64,000 nucleotides of DNA from a virus. Lineage: Duplodnaviria; Caudoviricetes. Shown piece by piece: positions 21,654 to 32,531 of this stretch; within the stretch, counting starts at the first letter, position 1, and the number at the start of each line of letters is the position of its first letter. A program made the translations under genes and the position numbers. The DNA lies in IMG/VR virus record IMGVR_UViG_2643221950_000002, positions 1-64,000 of that record; one strand, written 5' to 3'. The notes under the pieces are model-generated. The model saw only the letters and a list, made by a program, of their open reading frames with translations. It was not told where the DNA came from and ran no database searches.

Positions 21654-21985
21654 TTATCATCCTCCTTTGCAACTTTGTGAAATCCCATTACTTCATGAGA
21701 TCCGTCCTCATATCGCACTTCAAGTTGTGAGTATCGAGTTGACACTGTAGCCACTACTGCCCTTTCTTTATTATGGTTAACTATTACTGTGTCGTTTACC
21801 TCAAACATGATATCACCTCCTTAATTCAGCTAATTCACTTCTGTCATAAAGTTCAATCATGTTGTACTCATCATCAGCAACTCCATATTGTTCGTTCTTA
21901 TGTACTTCCACTACTGTTCCTACTCCGTATAAAGTAAGAACTCTTTGTCCTAAAGTAAGCTTGTTCAATCAAGTCACTCTCTTCT

Positions 21986-22669
21986 TTATGTGTTATTTTT
22001 AACTTCTTTGACTGTTAGTGTTTGCCTCCCGAACTCTCTTGCCTTTTGAAGATTTTCAATAAAGACATCTAATCTATTTCCTTTTATGTCTCCACCTCTA
22101 TCTTGACAAACTCTTAGTCCGACATCTTCTATGTATAATTTTGTTCCAAATTTCATGTATGGTGGACAAGCAATTGTAATGCCTTGCTTTGTAGTCACAC
22201 CGCTTGCTGTTGTTCCATAGTCAGCGTGTCCTGGATGCTTACCTGTGCTTTCGTAACCGTTTGTGTAAGCTGTAACAACCATTTTGCGCGTTTGACTCTT
22301 TTGTTCCACAGTTTTCTTTGTTTGCTTGACATTTTTATCTCCTTTCTTCTTTTTAACTTTTTTAGCTTTCTCTTGAACTGGTTCAACTTTGATTTTCAGA
22401 TATTTCTTTTGTAATTTCTCAGTTATTTCTTTTTTGCTATCTTGCTTTGGTAATGGTACATGTAACTGGATATGTTTCATTGGAAAACCTTCAGCTAACT
22501 TTGTCTTATTTACCTTTTCACTCGGCTTGTCCTGGATTAAACTCGTTTCCATCTTAATAAACGAGAATGTTAGCAGCCATCCTGTTAAAATTATCAAGAC
22601 CTTTGGGTTAACTTTATAATATATGTTATTTGTATTTTTGTCTACAAATTTTTTGATAATTCTCATCAC
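21986..22669 (-). CDS. yorM: membrane-anchored 3D-domain protein (YorM-like)
   Basis: TM segment; VTAYT, TASG, QDRGG.IKGNRLDVF. Confidence 0.85.
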   Translation of the reverse strand: MMRIIKKFVDKNTNNIYYKVNPKVLIILTGWLLTFSFIKMETSLIQDKPSEKVNKTKLAEGFPMKHIQLHVPLPKQDSKKEITEKLQKKYLKIKVEPVQEKAKKVKKKKGDKNVKQTKKTVEQKSQTRKMVVTAYTNGYESTGKHPGHADYGTTASGVTTKQGITIACPPYMKFGTKLYIEDVGLRVCQDRGGDIKGNRLDVFIENLQKAREFGRQTLTVKEVKNNT

Positions 22670-25600
22670 TCCTCAGGATTTTTTCTTTGGGTTGTAAGGA
22701 TCAGAGAACCGTCCTCATCGATATGATCGATTTTTGAAATTGTATGGTTGTACACACTGTTTTTATATACTTTTGGAATGAAGTTATTCCCTCTTCTAAA
22801 ACCAGTAACCATTAAAAGGGTACCTCTGGTATACCAAGATTTTTCTACAATCTCTTTTTTCCCATTCCCAATAGGTTTTGATATTTGTTTATTATAGTGA
22901 CCGAATGAATTGCTCCATTGCTTAACGTTTACAACTCCATCCTTAGTTAGTAGTGTAATGGTGTGCTTATTCTTATCTCTATCTAATACAGTTCCAGCAA
23001 TTCTACATAACTCGTGCTCATATAATGTTTTGCCTTTCCACTGATATGGCCTTCCCTTAACAGGCTCTTCTGGAAGTTCAAAGAAATTTTTGATGCCATA
23101 CTTTACCTCGTCTACATGCTTCAACTCATGATCACCGTAATAGAAACTCAGCGACTCCATTTCCCATTTGCTATACGAGCCGTCAGCATACTTTATCCAT
23201 TCAGATTCAAGCAGAGCATTATTTAATCGCAATAGTGCCTCTTCTGATGTTATCCAATCTTTTAAGGGTTGTATCTTTCTTTCTTGCTGCTTATCAAAAT
23301 TTTGTAAGGATACTATTGGCAGACCGTTATCAAAATCGACTATACATGATTCATCGTAATGATTGTTTAGAAAATCAGATGCCACATCATTTAAAAGGAG
23401 TAATTTATCCTTGGGTTTATTAATTGTCTTATAAACGTTTTTCATTATGTATTCTCTGAATTTATAGTAGCGTGTCTCTGTATGATACTCTTTTGGAATA
23501 AGATTATGATTTAACAGCATTCTTGTATTTGCCATTGTTAGCTTTGTCTTAGGTTCTGATATCAGCGTAATAAATTCTTTCATCAGTTGTTTTCTTTCAC
23601 CGAAAGAATCAAATGCGCCACCTTTTATGAGTTGTATAATCTGTCCTTTTTTTAGTTCTCCTTCAATGAACATTCTCTTTACAAAGTCATCAAAGCTTCT
23701 ATATGGCCTTGCTGCAACAATTTTATGAACAACATCATCTCCAATGCCATTCATACCTTTCAAGCCGAAAAGAATGCTTCCTGAATCTTTGTCCGCTTTA
23801 AAACTAAACTTAGCTTTATTAATATCAGGCAGATCAACTTTAACTCCTCTTTGCCTCATATTGCCGATAGCACTTGCAATCTTCCCATAGTTGGTTGAAG
23901 CTTTCTTATCATCTTCCTCAGAATCAATGCCACCACTGTTTACTGTGAGACAAGCAGTGTTCCAATATAATGGGTCATATTTGTAATTTAGGTTTTGTTC
24001 TTGTAGAGCAATCACTGAATATGCCAAAGTGTGAAGCAGTGAGAAAGAATATCCGAATTGCCTCTTAAACTGAACATTCCAGACATAATCAAGCATTACT
24101 CTTCTAGTGCCTAGCTTTTCGCCTTTTTCAAAAAATAAAGATTGAACTTTCTTTAAAACATCGTCTTTCTTTTTTGCAATTGCTTTTCGCAGATGATTGC
24201 TTTCTTCAATTGAGAACCCTGATATTTCTTTATCCATTGACATTTGCATAACTACTTCTTGGGTATCAGCAACTCCATATATGCTTTTGAGATGCCTTGA
24301 GAGAACTTGGATTTCATTTTCATTAAGACCGTATTGCTTCATTTCATTTATCCAAATCTCAATGTTTAATTTATGTTTTGTATAAACGTCTACAGGTTGT
24401 TCTTCACCATCTGACATTAGTCTCATTAGAGAGTTAGTGACTGAAGCCTCCAGCAAACTCTTTGGAGCAACCTTGATTGCAGCTTGTTGACCCACTTCTG
24501 TAGAAAACTGAAACAAATCAATAATTTCACCTCTGCCCACCATTTCCCATAGTTTTGGATCTTCATACTCGATCACATCAGGATGAAGATAATTATTATA
24601 TGTTTTTTTCAAATTTTCTAAGGATTTAATTTCCCCACTTTCAATCAAATGATCTAAAGTAACCCTCATTTTATCTAAAGCTTCAATGGTTAATAAATCA
24701 AACTTTGTTGATCCCATTGATTCGCTGTCGCCCATATCAAATTGGGTTATATAAACTCCTTTAGGAGTTCTCATCATAGCATTGGACTTAGTATAGTCTT
24801 CATTAAAGATAAGTACTCCTGCAGCATGTGAAGAACGCTTATTTGTAAGACCTTCAATTTTAAGACAAGTATCTTTTAAATTTGGATACGACTCAACTTC
24901 CCTAATAAATTCTTTAATTGGCTTTCTATCTAATTCCTCATTTCCAAAGAAACAATCGTTAAGCGTCCAGTTTGCTCCTCTTTCAAATGGTATCATTCCA
25001 CTTAGATATTGTGAGATGTCATTATCGATTCCCAACCCACGACATGCAGTTTGTAAAGCAGATTTAGATTTTTCTGTACCAAAGGTACAAATCTGAAGTA
25101 CTCTCTTTTCACCAAACTTATCACGTAGAGCTTTCAAAATTTTAGGTCGCTTGGAACCCTCAGTATCTATATCAATATCAGGTAAATCTGGTCTTGATTT
25201 ATGTATATGTCTCCAATGTGGCAAGTTGTATTGCATTGGGTTAATTTGAGTGATATCAAGTAGGTAGTTAACTAAAAATCCTGCTGCTGATCCCCTTGCA
25301 ACACCAACCAGACTATCTCCACCACATTCATCATCCCAAATGGTGTTAATGATTTCTCTAACTGTTACATAGTAAGATGACATTGCTTGATTAAGCTTTT
25401 GGCTGATTTCCCATAGTTCCCCTAATTCAACATTAATTCTTTTAAGAATTTCATGAAACTGTTCTCTAGTTAAGTCTGGTCTTTTTAACTTTTCATTGAA
25501 CCCATCTTCAATTAGCTTTATCAGATACCTGTCTTGCTCATCGTTTGAATTAGCCATTTTACCAATGTATTCATACTTTTCATATCCTGGTTTAAATATG

Positions 25601-26580
25601 TGTGATAGCTCAAAAACAGGTAGTTCAATTTTTGGAATATATGGTTCATGTTCAATTGTGTAGTCATCAACCATGCTTCCAATAAGCATTGTATTTTCGA
25701 TTGCTTCACTTACAACATTTTTTTCTATATAGCTCATTCTTTCATATATTTCACCTATATTTTGAACAAAGCAAGCCTCATAAAAGGAATCAACTTCTCT
25801 TTCTCCGTCTTTTGCGTTGAGAAATGCCTGATGAATTGCTCTGTCTTCTGGTCTAAGGTAATGAGCATCAGTTGTCACAATCATTTTTAATCCATAACCG
25901 TTAGCAATATCAATCAATTTCTTATTGCAATAAACCTGCTCATCGGAATAAGCTGGCTGCAGTTCCACAAAGAAATTCTCTTTACCAAATACATCTATAC
26001 ACCATGTCATAAAGTCGTGAATTTTTAGTTTCAATCGCTTAATCTCTTCTATCTCATTGTTAACTTCAACTTCTCTAATTTTTAGCAATTGAATGTTAAC
26101 TTCAGAACCCAAGCAAGCTGTGGTAGCTATCAGATTACCTGGATTCTGCCTAACAATTTTCTCTACATCTTTTTTTAACGTTGGCACCCTTTCCATTGTT
26201 CCAGTGTAAAAAGAGTTCTCCCAGGCCATCGAGGACAAAATTCTTAGTTGCTCATGACCAAATTGATTTTTGGCCAACATTAAAAAGTGAGGAAATTTAG
26301 TGACTCCAGACTTATAGTTATCTCTAACCTCTTCCAGTGAATCCACCAGATAAGCTTCATTCCCCAGAATTAGCTTGAAGTCTTCTGGCATTTCACCAGA
26401 ATCCTTCATTTTTTTCACAGTTTGGATTGCTTCTAAGTGCGCCGACAATACTTCATGATCTGTAATTGCTAAACCTTTGTAACCCTGATCTAATGCTGTT
26501 TTTAGCAACTGTTTAACCTGGTTAGTAGAGTCTAATAATCTGATATTACTTTTGTCAGTATGACAATGACAGCCAATCAT
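22666..26580 (-). CDS. dnaE: DnaE-type DNA polymerase III alpha (YorL-like)
   Basis: PHP domain HCHT, AITDHE; GVARGSAAG, PDIDID, HAAG; 1304 aa. Confidence 0.95.
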   Translation of the reverse strand: MIGCHCHTDKSNIRLLDSTNQVKQLLKTALDQGYKGLAITDHEVLSAHLEAIQTVKKMKDSGEMPEDFKLILGNEAYLVDSLEEVRDNYKSGVTKFPHFLMLAKNQFGHEQLRILSSMAWENSFYTGTMERVPTLKKDVEKIVRQNPGNLIATTACLGSEVNIQLLKIREVEVNNEIEEIKRLKLKIHDFMTWCIDVFGKENFFVELQPAYSDEQVYCNKKLIDIANGYGLKMIVTTDAHYLRPEDRAIHQAFLNAKDGEREVDSFYEACFVQNIGEIYERMSYIEKNVVSEAIENTMLIGSMVDDYTIEHEPYIPKIELPVFELSHIFKPGYEKYEYIGKMANSNDEQDRYLIKLIEDGFNEKLKRPDLTREQFHEILKRINVELGELWEISQKLNQAMSSYYVTVREIINTIWDDECGGDSLVGVARGSAAGFLVNYLLDITQINPMQYNLPHWRHIHKSRPDLPDIDIDTEGSKRPKILKALRDKFGEKRVLQICTFGTEKSKSALQTACRGLGIDNDISQYLSGMIPFERGANWTLNDCFFGNEELDRKPIKEFIREVESYPNLKDTCLKIEGLTNKRSSHAAGVLIFNEDYTKSNAMMRTPKGVYITQFDMGDSESMGSTKFDLLTIEALDKMRVTLDHLIESGEIKSLENLKKTYNNYLHPDVIEYEDPKLWEMVGRGEIIDLFQFSTEVGQQAAIKVAPKSLLEASVTNSLMRLMSDGEEQPVDVYTKHKLNIEIWINEMKQYGLNENEIQVLSRHLKSIYGVADTQEVVMQMSMDKEISGFSIEESNHLRKAIAKKKDDVLKKVQSLFFEKGEKLGTRRVMLDYVWNVQFKRQFGYSFSLLHTLAYSVIALQEQNLNYKYDPLYWNTACLTVNSGGIDSEEDDKKASTNYGKIASAIGNMRQRGVKVDLPDINKAKFSFKADKDSGSILFGLKGMNGIGDDVVHKIVAARPYRSFDDFVKRMFIEGELKKGQIIQLIKGGAFDSFGERKQLMKEFITLISEPKTKLTMANTRMLLNHNLIPKEYHTETRYYKFREYIMKNVYKTINKPKDKLLLLNDVASDFLNNHYDESCIVDFDNGLPIVSLQNFDKQQERKIQPLKDWITSEEALLRLNNALLESEWIKYADGSYSKWEMESLSFYYGDHELKHVDEVKYGIKNFFELPEEPVKGRPYQWKGKTLYEHELCRIAGTVLDRDKNKHTITLLTKDGVVNVKQWSNSFGHYNKQISKPIGNGKKEIVEKSWYTRGTLLMVTGFRRGNNFIPKVYKNSVYNHTISKIDHIDEDGSLILTTQRKNPEE

Positions 26581-26590
26581 TTAACCCCTC

Positions 26591-28315
26591 CTAGAACACG
26601 AGTTCTTTTTCTTTGGTCTTAACCACCTCCAGTTCAACAATTTCAAACTGAGCTGTTTTTCTTCCCATATATTCATTTGCCTTTGCTTTTCCAATAATGT
26701 TTAAAACAAGTAATTTACCCTTGTTTGGTGTTAGGTTTTCATAAAACTCTGTATCACTTTTAAAACGTATGTATTCAATGTCATCACACTTGAACTTAAT
26801 AGTATTTTTATTCTTTTTCCCTATGTGTTCGATACCTTCTGCTGCAATTTCAATGTTTGTAATAGAAATCAAAGGTTCTTCAACTTTGTATCCCCATAAA
26901 AATTTATGATTATCGATTGTAAATATAAAATCTTTGGTTAACTCATTTGATGGGATTTCAAAATCCACTTCAAAGCAATCGTTGTGTGCAATTTCCTTTA
27001 ATCTTTCATTCAGTTCATCATTAACAACTGCTAATCTATCTCTTTTAATTTTAAAGCCAGCAGCATTAGGATGACCTTCTACAAATTCAAATTGGCCTGT
27101 AGACAAAAGCAATTCTTTAAAATCCTTGATCTCACCTTTGTCATATCCTCTAATAGAACCTGTAAGCATCCCTTCTTCTTCATCTTTCCTAGCCAATAAA
27201 ACAGGTCTTTTATAGGAATCTGCCAATTTATTTGCCACAAGTCCTGTTAAGTCTTTATCCAAGATACCTTCCACATACACAATGAGCACTTTGTTATCTA
27301 ACAAACCCTTGCTTTCAATTCTAATTTCAATCTCTTCTGTAGCTTTATCAACCAATCTTTTTTGTTTCCCTTTCAGATTGGTAAGCATCCTTACTGTATC
27401 ATCCTGAATAGAAACCAATTCTTCAGTATCTGAGCCTCTTTTTTTGTATGGCACTTTCTCTTTTGATCCAAGTAAAGCTTTAAACATTTGTTCTTTTTCT
27501 TCTCTGCTGCCAACTCTTATCGCCGCATTTATCAAAGGATTGATGTAAAATTGTGTGCATTGAATTGTCTTATTACCACCCGTAGAATACTCTTGCTTTT
27601 TAAACAACTTTCTAAGCAATGGATTTTTTAGCTCATTCAATCCTAAATTCATGTAATATCTCGTTTCTAATTCACGTGAATCCGCTGAATCAGCAATATT
27701 ACCGATAGAAACTAAATCGACAAACTGTTTGGCTATATCTTTATTGAGTTTTGCATCCAATGCCTGGCATACCTTATAGACGATCCCTGCTCCTGTAAGA
27801 GACTTGTTTTTATATCCAGGAGACAACTGGTTATTAACAATAAGAGCGTCTTCAGATTCAATGTCACAGTCATGGTGATCAATCACTATAGTGTCAAACC
27901 CTCTATACCTAAGTACTTTATGTTCATCATATTGATTAGATCCTGCATCAGGAATGATTACTAAATCCGTATTTGATGGAACATCATCTGGATTGATTCC
28001 ATGTTGCTTACCTTCTTGCAATCTATAGGTAATTTTCGCTCTAGGGTACGCTTTCTTAATGTACCCAATTAAAATGGCTGATGAAGTGTAGCCATCCGCA
28101 TCACAATCCACTTGAATAAATATGTTATTTTTGTTTTCTAAATGTTGAATAATTAATTCAGCAACTTTATCAATATTGTTTAATAAGGAATAATTCAATT
28201 CACTGCTTTTTCCCACATCAATAAAACCACTTGGATTAGTAATCCCTCTATTAACTAGGATTGTTTTAATCGGATTCTTGAGGTAGTCATTACTACCAAT
28301 AAGTTTGTACTCCAT
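26591..28315 (-). CDS. yorK: RecJ-like DHH exonuclease (YorK-like)
   Basis: DCDADG, PDAG, IDHH, GSIR, GHPNAAG. Confidence 0.92.
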   Translation of the reverse strand: MEYKLIGSNDYLKNPIKTILVNRGITNPSGFIDVGKSSELNYSLLNNIDKVAELIIQHLENKNNIFIQVDCDADGYTSSAILIGYIKKAYPRAKITYRLQEGKQHGINPDDVPSNTDLVIIPDAGSNQYDEHKVLRYRGFDTIVIDHHDCDIESEDALIVNNQLSPGYKNKSLTGAGIVYKVCQALDAKLNKDIAKQFVDLVSIGNIADSADSRELETRYYMNLGLNELKNPLLRKLFKKQEYSTGGNKTIQCTQFYINPLINAAIRVGSREEKEQMFKALLGSKEKVPYKKRGSDTEELVSIQDDTVRMLTNLKGKQKRLVDKATEEIEIRIESKGLLDNKVLIVYVEGILDKDLTGLVANKLADSYKRPVLLARKDEEEGMLTGSIRGYDKGEIKDFKELLLSTGQFEFVEGHPNAAGFKIKRDRLAVVNDELNERLKEIAHNDCFEVDFEIPSNELTKDFIFTIDNHKFLWGYKVEEPLISITNIEIAAEGIEHIGKKNKNTIKFKCDDIEYIRFKSDTEFYENLTPNKGKLLVLNIIGKAKANEYMGRKTAQFEIVELEVVKTKEKELVF

Positions 28316-29443
28316 TTATTCCTCCCTCGTTGTGATCTCTATTTTATTTTTCATCAACTCCTCCAATATTTGTTTCCCTTTATCTGCTGGGCTGTCTCTG
28401 TAATCCAAAAGATCATTGTAATCCCAAAGTGCAAATACTCTCATGTATGGGGTGAATTTACTTGCCAGCTTCACAATTTTCTTCTCATACTCCATTAATT
28501 TTTCAGCATATATATCATCAGCCTCATCTTCTTTTTGCGGCCTGAATTTATCTAATCCAATAATTACTTCTTCAACTCCCAGTGATAGCAATATATCTCG
28601 ATGATAAACTGAGATATTACTAGAACACACCGCACAAGTGAAGTTATCGTCACCATAAAAATCGTTGCATTTTAAAACCGATTTTTCTGATTCAAATAGA
28701 ACCGCTTTTTTCAGTCGCTTAACTGCTGATTTTGTTATATGCAACCCATACAAATTCAACATTGTTGGATGATTGTACAGAGTGTTTTCTATTTTCAAAG
28801 GCATGTATTTAAATCCTTGTTCTATTTCTTCTTTAATCATCGATCTCTTTCTAATCCCCACCAAATTACCATGTAAGTCTCTATGAGGAATTGAAATACC
28901 TTCTGTATGAGATCTGAAATAGTACCCTATCTCAAATGTTTCCATCGTAGAGTGGCTTATGCCTTCTCTAAGCCACTCTGTATGATGGTAAGGAATAAAT
29001 ACATTGAGTACTTTTTCGTTAAATATAGGGAGGTCTGTGTTCTGTTTTGGTGTTCTTTTGAATCGGTCAAATATTGCCCAATCTTCTTCTAAGGTTTGTT
29101 TTTTTGAAGCGCTTGAGCCTCCAAAGCCAAACCTTTTCCCAGTTATACTTACTATGTATTCAATTGCCTGACTAAAAGTAAAACTAACGCCCTTTTGTTT
29201 TTTCGCTCTAATAACAAGCTCAAATACATCAAAGCTGTCACCGCATTCTGTATAACATTTGAACTGTTTGCTTTCATTGTAATAATACAACTTGAAGCTC
29301 CCACCTGATGCGTTGTGACACACAGTTCTATATACTGGATGACCATTCTGCCATAGATTCTTTTCGCTTCCCAGTTCCCGCATTATCTTATGTATTTCGT
29401 CTATCGTTAAGCTATCTTTTATTTTATCTTTATCAAAACGCAA
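28316..29443 (-). CDS. yorJ: DNA primase (YorJ-like)
   Basis: CH...C..C zinc finger, IPHRD..G.LVG, TOPRIM-like FESEKS. Confidence 0.85.
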   Translation of the reverse strand: MRFDKDKIKDSLTIDEIHKIMRELGSEKNLWQNGHPVYRTVCHNASGGSFKLYYYNESKQFKCYTECGDSFDVFELVIRAKKQKGVSFTFSQAIEYIVSITGKRFGFGGSSASKKQTLEEDWAIFDRFKRTPKQNTDLPIFNEKVLNVFIPYHHTEWLREGISHSTMETFEIGYYFRSHTEGISIPHRDLHGNLVGIRKRSMIKEEIEQGFKYMPLKIENTLYNHPTMLNLYGLHITKSAVKRLKKAVLFESEKSVLKCNDFYGDDNFTCAVCSSNISVYHRDILLSLGVEEVIIGLDKFRPQKEDEADDIYAEKLMEYEKKIVKLASKFTPYMRVFALWDYNDLLDYRDSPADKGKQILEELMKNKIEITTREE

Positions 29444-29457
29444 GGGTTAATACACCC

Positions 29458-30987
29458 CTATCCTGCCTGAATAACAAGTTTATCTACATTAACAATTTCA
29501 TTGTCAACATTAGTAACAAAGCAATCTTTAATTCGCATAGTTCCCATGTTTATGTATGTAAAGACTTTTACGTTCACATGTCTATTTCCACGATTCTTAT
29601 ACACATGAACTACGAAGTTAGGTTCTCTTCCTCCGAAACTACCACTGGCAGTCATAATTTTTTCAACTGCTTTCTTTTCTTTGTTGCTAAGTGGCAATAT
29701 AATCATCCCAGCATCAATTTTGTTTGCTACTGCTTTACTTCCACTTAAATATTGGCCATCAATTACTTCACCTTTCTTCCATGCTTCTTTCCACTCTCCA
29801 TTGAGTTGTGTCGCAGATGAAAGGAAAATTCCGTACTTATTGGCTAATGTTTTTAGTTTATCCGATATTACGAGCAATACCTGATCTTCCCTAAGTTTTA
29901 TCCCACTCCCTTTTGCCATTTCAGCAAAAATTGAAACTGATGTATGTATGTAATCATAGAAATAATACTGAACCCTATTTTTAACTACATTCCTTTCAAT
30001 TGTTCTCTCAATCTCTTGAATATTAAAGTCTGGCAAATAATCAAACCAAATTGGGGAATCACTTAGAATTTCAGCTGCTTTAATTACCCTTGCTTCTTCA
30101 TCTTCGTTCATATTGTTTAATTGAATCTTTTCTTCGTTTACATCACTAATGAATGCCAACGCAATGGTTTGCAATTCTTCTTGTAACATTTCTGTTGAAG
30201 TTACGTTCGAATGTTTGCCCCATTTATTTTCGATCCATTCCCTCTTTTTTGTGTCATAAAGCATTGTTGCACTTAAAACACATGCATCAGCAACCATGTT
30301 TCGAGTCTTTCCAACTCCAGTTGTACCTGAACGAAGATAGAATTTTTTCAATCTAGATCCCCTAAAAAGAGAAGTAAGCATTTCACTATTCATCGGGGCA
30401 CCAATTTCAGGAGATTTTTTTATTCTTTCTAATAATTTGTTGACACCTTCTCCACCCTGGATGCTACTACTTTCTGACGATTCTTTAAATTTCTCTTTGA
30501 TTTCAACAATATTATTTTCATAAATTTTCAAAATCTCTTCAACTGAGGTTGAATCAAAGTTCGACTGCATTTCTTCTTGTTCTTTAGGATCAATCAATGT
30601 TTCGTCATAGATTCCACTGATATCAAATCCGATACCTTGCATTTCTCTAAGCAAACTGAACTTTTTCAACTTTTCATAATAGTAGTCAAAATTCTCTAAT
30701 GAGGGGAATTCCTGAACTTTCTCAATGTATTCATCCCCATTAGCATCTTCAAATAACTCATATTGATTTGGATATTCTTGAAGATAGCCTACAATCTCTA
30801 TTAAGTTAAGATCTTCGACTCCTTGTCGCTGCAGATTTCGCATGACTGAAAAAATTATCCTGTGAAATTTCTCAGGAAAATCTTCAGGCACAAGTTTGTA
30901 TTTACTGCTTTCAGCAACAATTGAAGGATCTTTTAAAATACATCCCAAAACTTGCATTATTGTTTGTTTATCTTGTAACAATAGCAT
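29458..30987 (-). CDS. yorI: DnaB-like replicative helicase (YorI-like)
   Basis: GTTGVGKT, STEM, YDYI, ATQLN, KNR. Confidence 0.9.
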   Translation of the reverse strand: MLLLQDKQTIMQVLGCILKDPSIVAESSKYKLVPEDFPEKFHRIIFSVMRNLQRQGVEDLNLIEIVGYLQEYPNQYELFEDANGDEYIEKVQEFPSLENFDYYYEKLKKFSLLREMQGIGFDISGIYDETLIDPKEQEEMQSNFDSTSVEEILKIYENNIVEIKEKFKESSESSSIQGGEGVNKLLERIKKSPEIGAPMNSEMLTSLFRGSRLKKFYLRSGTTGVGKTRNMVADACVLSATMLYDTKKREWIENKWGKHSNVTSTEMLQEELQTIALAFISDVNEEKIQLNNMNEDEEARVIKAAEILSDSPIWFDYLPDFNIQEIERTIERNVVKNRVQYYFYDYIHTSVSIFAEMAKGSGIKLREDQVLLVISDKLKTLANKYGIFLSSATQLNGEWKEAWKKGEVIDGQYLSGSKAVANKIDAGMIILPLSNKEKKAVEKIMTASGSFGGREPNFVVHVYKNRGNRHVNVKVFTYINMGTMRIKDCFVTNVDNEIVNVDKLVIQAG

Positions 30988-30995
30988 CCTCCTTT

Positions 30996-31463
30996 CTAGA
31001 GTTGAGCAATATCAATTAAATCTCTTGGAGCTTCATCTTTAACTTCCTTTATAGTGAAATACAATTCTGTTCTTTCTTCACATTTAGATGCGGCATCTAC
31101 AATTCTTTTTTCTTCTATGTAATTTCTTTTTGCATCCTCATAGATATAAGGCACAATACCAATACCACCGTCTTCTTGAGGATTGTTACCTAGAATCTCA
31201 TAGAAGTATTTAAGTGCCAATTCGATGCCTTTAAGCTTGTATCTATATTCTTCTTGGAAGTCCTTGATTTGTTTTCGTATCATGCCTGTAGGAACATCAA
31301 GGTTATACAATTTGCAAATATACTCGTACAAATCTTTTCTGTCCTCAGTTTCTCTTTGCCATGTATTAAAACAGGCTGTATGATAATACCTCTTTTTATA
31401 AGGTAAAGCTTCATCCTTGTCTAAAGACTGCTCACAATAGGGACATTTTACTTGTCTACCCAT
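30996..31463 (-). CDS. yorH: YorH-like zinc-finger protein
   Basis: KCPYC...YYH..C, GIGIVPY; synteny. Confidence 0.75.
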   Translation of the reverse strand: MGRQVKCPYCEQSLDKDEALPYKKRYYHTACFNTWQRETEDRKDLYEYICKLYNLDVPTGMIRKQIKDFQEEYRYKLKGIELALKYFYEILGNNPQEDGGIGIVPYIYEDAKRNYIEEKRIVDAASKCEERTELYFTIKEVKDEAPRDLIDIAQL

Positions 31464-31510
31464 TAAATCCCCCTTTTTTTAAAATCAAGAGAGGGAGATA
31501 CCCCTCTCTA

Positions 31511-32482
31511 TTAATCTAATAAATCATTTAGATCATCAAGGATTACCGACATGACATCTAACTGCTTTGGTGTGCACTCAGTTACTTTCTTGTCTTTGCC
31601 CAAATGTTTTTCAACTACTTCATTCAATTTTTCGAGTTTCCCTTCAGCATTAAGCTGTTTACCAGTCTCTTTAATGCTACTCATTAAATCATCGAAATTT
31701 TGACTCCCTGATGAGTTAACCTCTTTTTGTTGATCATATGTAACAGCTGTGATCCCCTCAGCTGCTTCTTGTCTCTCAACCGCTTCAACGATGGCTTGGT
31801 TAAGATTCTCAGCAGTGAACTCCTCTAAATATGTATCAATATAATCAAATCGAGATCGAGCAAAAAATTCATCTGTTTCGGCCAACCACGCACTTGATTT
31901 GATAACATTCTTATTCTCGTCTACTCCATTGGATTCTAAGTAAACAACAATGTCACTATTATCAATTACTGGAGCTAATGCACGTTTATCACCTTTAGGA
32001 TAGATTTTGCCTGATTTATCTGCTTCTGCATGTGCGATGAAAACAACAGTAAAACCATTGCTGATTAATTTATTAATCTCATCCCAAACTTCATTTTCAT
32101 ACTCTTTCCACAATCCAAAGCCATCGTTTCCATCTTTAATTCTTTCAACATTGTATTGATTACAAACATATCTGGTCGCATACTTTGCAAATGCATCAAC
32201 CTCGTCTACAACAATTGTTTGATACATTTCCTTTGCTTTTTCAACGTTTTTGGAAAGCTGCTTGTTTACCTTTTTAAAGTCTCCCCAACTATTGATTGGC
32301 ATAAAATTTACACCAGCAATTGCATTTAATCCTTTTTCAAAAGGTAAGTACAATGGTTTAGTCATTCTTGATGATTGCTTGCTTTTACCTAAGTTGTTAG
32401 AACCATAAATAGTGACAACCTTACCTTCAATTCCTTTTGCAATTACTGAAACTTCTGGCTTAAAAATATCTAATCCTGACAA
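31511..32482 (-). CDS. yorG: Sak4-like AAA ATPase (YorG-like)
   Basis: YGSNNLGKS, FEKG, IVVDEVD, GFG. Confidence 0.8.
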   Translation of the reverse strand: MSGLDIFKPEVSVIAKGIEGKVVTIYGSNNLGKSKQSSRMTKPLYLPFEKGLNAIAGVNFMPINSWGDFKKVNKQLSKNVEKAKEMYQTIVVDEVDAFAKYATRYVCNQYNVERIKDGNDGFGLWKEYENEVWDEINKLISNGFTVVFIAHAEADKSGKIYPKGDKRALAPVIDNSDIVVYLESNGVDENKNVIKSSAWLAETDEFFARSRFDYIDTYLEEFTAENLNQAIVEAVERQEAAEGITAVTYDQQKEVNSSGSQNFDDLMSSIKETGKQLNAEGKLEKLNEVVEKHLGKDKKVTECTPKQLDVMSVILDDLNDLLD

Positions 32483-32531
32483 ATAACCCGCTCCTTATAT
32501 GTAATTTATATTTTATTCGTTGTTTTGTTCT

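Noticed and set aside
22666-30987. Inteins in DnaE or the helicase
   Set aside because: Lengths and motif order are normal, with no C...HN splice motifs or LAGLIDADG insert noticed.
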